Of a stretch of 64,000 bases of DNA, positions 63,101 to 64,000 are shown piece after piece. Below the pieces are notes generated by a model. The model searched no databases. It worked only from the letters and a program-made list of their open reading frames with translations, and was not told the origin of the DNA. The DNA comes from Planctomycetota bacterium (GTDB lineage: Bacteria > Planctomycetota > UBA8742 > UBA2392): contig JAOSKM010000001.1 in assembly GCA_027493625.1 (NCBI GenBank), forward strand, positions 20,657 to 84,656, written 5' to 3'. The position numbers and the translations under genes are program-made. Numbering within the stretch: the first letter of the stretch is position 1; each line of letters opens with the position of its first letter.

Positions 63101-64000
63101 TCAGGCGAAATCGAACGAGAACAAACCGTTGTCGGCGATGCCGATGCTCAGCCGCGCCGGCAGGTCGCCCTCGCTCATTTTCTGCAGCAACTGCGTGCTC
63201 ATCTGCGGCAGCAGCGAGCCGCGGATGATGTGGTCGATGTTGCGCGCACCCGTCTCGACTTCCGTGCAGCGCGCCGCGATGGCGTCCGTGACGGTGGGCG
63301 CGAACACCAGCTCCATGTGGTGGGTGTCGTGCAGCTGGCGCCTGATCTTGTTCAGCTTCAGGTCGGTGATCATCTTCATCGCCGACTGGTCAATCGTGAA
63401 GAACGGCAGGATGCTCATGCGCGCCAGCAGAGCCGGCTTGAAGTGCGCGCTCAGCTGCGGGCGGATCATGCCTACCAGCTCGTCCATGTCCGGCCGGTCG
63501 CCGTCGCTGCAGGCCTCGGTGATGATGTCGGTGGCGAGGTTGCTGGTCAGGAAGATCACGGTGTTCTTGAAGTCGATCTCGCGGCCTTCGCCGTCGTTGA
63601 GCATGCCCTTGTCGAACACCTGGTAGAACAGGTTCATCACCTCGAGGTCGGCCTTCTCGACCTCGTCCAGCAGCACCACGCTGTAGGGGCGCTGGCGCAC
63701 GGCTTCGGTCAGCTGGCCGCCTTCGCCGTAGCCCACGTAGCCGGGCGGGCTGCCGATCAGGCGGCTGACCGTGTGCTTTTCCTGGTACTCGGACATGTTG
63801 ATGGTGGTCATGAAGCGCTCGCCGCCGAACAGCAGGTCGGCGACGGCCAGCGCGGTCTCGGTCTTGCCGACGCCGCTGGGGCCCACGAACAGGAACACGC
63901 CGATGGGCGCGTGGGGATTCCCCAGCCCCGCCTTGTTGGCGCGGATGCCGGTGGCGATGGCCTTCATGACGTGGTCCTGGCCCTTCACGCGCTTGGTGAG
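63101..64000 (-). CDS. clpV: ClpV/TssH AAA+ ATPase, C-terminal D2 part (gene runs off the window)
   Basis: Walker A FVGPSGVGKTETA, Walker B VVLLDEVEKA, sensor regions, ClpB-D2-small-like end. The frame stays open to base 64000. Confidence 0.9.
   Translation of the reverse strand, partial: LTKRVKGQDHVMKAIATGIRANKAGLGNPHAPIGVFLFVGPSGVGKTETALAVADLLFGGERFMTTINMSEYQEKHTVSRLIGSPPGYVGYGEGGQLTEAVRQRPYSVVLLDEVEKADLEVMNLFYQVFDKGMLNDGEGREIDFKNTVIFLTSNLATDIITEACSDGDRPDMDELVGMIRPQLSAHFKPALLARMSILPFFTIDQSAMKMITDLKLNKIRRQLHDTHHMELVFAPTVTDAIAARCTEVETGARNIDHIIRGSLLPQMSTQLLQKMSEGDLPARLSIGIADNGLFSFDFA

Overview
High-GC (roughly 65-70% by eye), gene-dense chromosomal segment from an unidentified bacterium. I call about 50 protein genes and 2 tRNAs, most on the minus strand. 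The long ORFs antisense to these genes are Ala/Arg/Gly-rich high-GC artefacts. Left to right: a secreted RHS/YD-repeat protein lacking a toxin tip, convergent with a stand-alone RtcR-N-terminal-like (CARF) protein; rnc; an MFS transporter; a pabB-like gene; a secreted prenyltransferase/terpene-cyclase-repeat protein; an EamA transporter; a response regulator; a VOC protein; uvrB; DUF721(DciA-like)-gyrB; tRNA-Ser(GGA); an ABC-2 exporter; rpsU; a TetR-MFP-RND efflux operon; TauE; uvrC; a TPR/HExxH protein; a membrane H+-pyrophosphatase with a large disordered insertion; tRNA-Ala(GGC) followed by a low-GC GIY-YIG cassette; GNAT; uppS; a minimal class III cyclase; pilB-pilT-pilC with a TPR lipoprotein; a Calx-beta surface protein with a Cys-type C-terminal sorting signal; sdaA. 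The right end holds a type VI secretion spike island: clpV (partial), vgrG, a DUF2169::pentapeptide fusion, a pentapeptide protein, a DUF3540-like protein and a DUF4150 PAAR-like protein, with no recognisable toxin or immunity gene. This island is the best candidate for an uncharacterised system. Three other points stand out. (1) Six reading-frame breaks affect five genes, including two in essential gyrB, and five of the six coincide with 5-nt homopolymers, so assembly indels are more likely than true pseudogenes. (2) Intergenic regions carry nested palindromic MITE/REP-like repeat families. (3) Several intergenic hairpins are built from strand-asymmetric tandem heptamers. No CRISPR array, rRNA, integrase or transposase was seen. 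All homology calls are motif recognition by eye and need HMM or BLAST confirmation.
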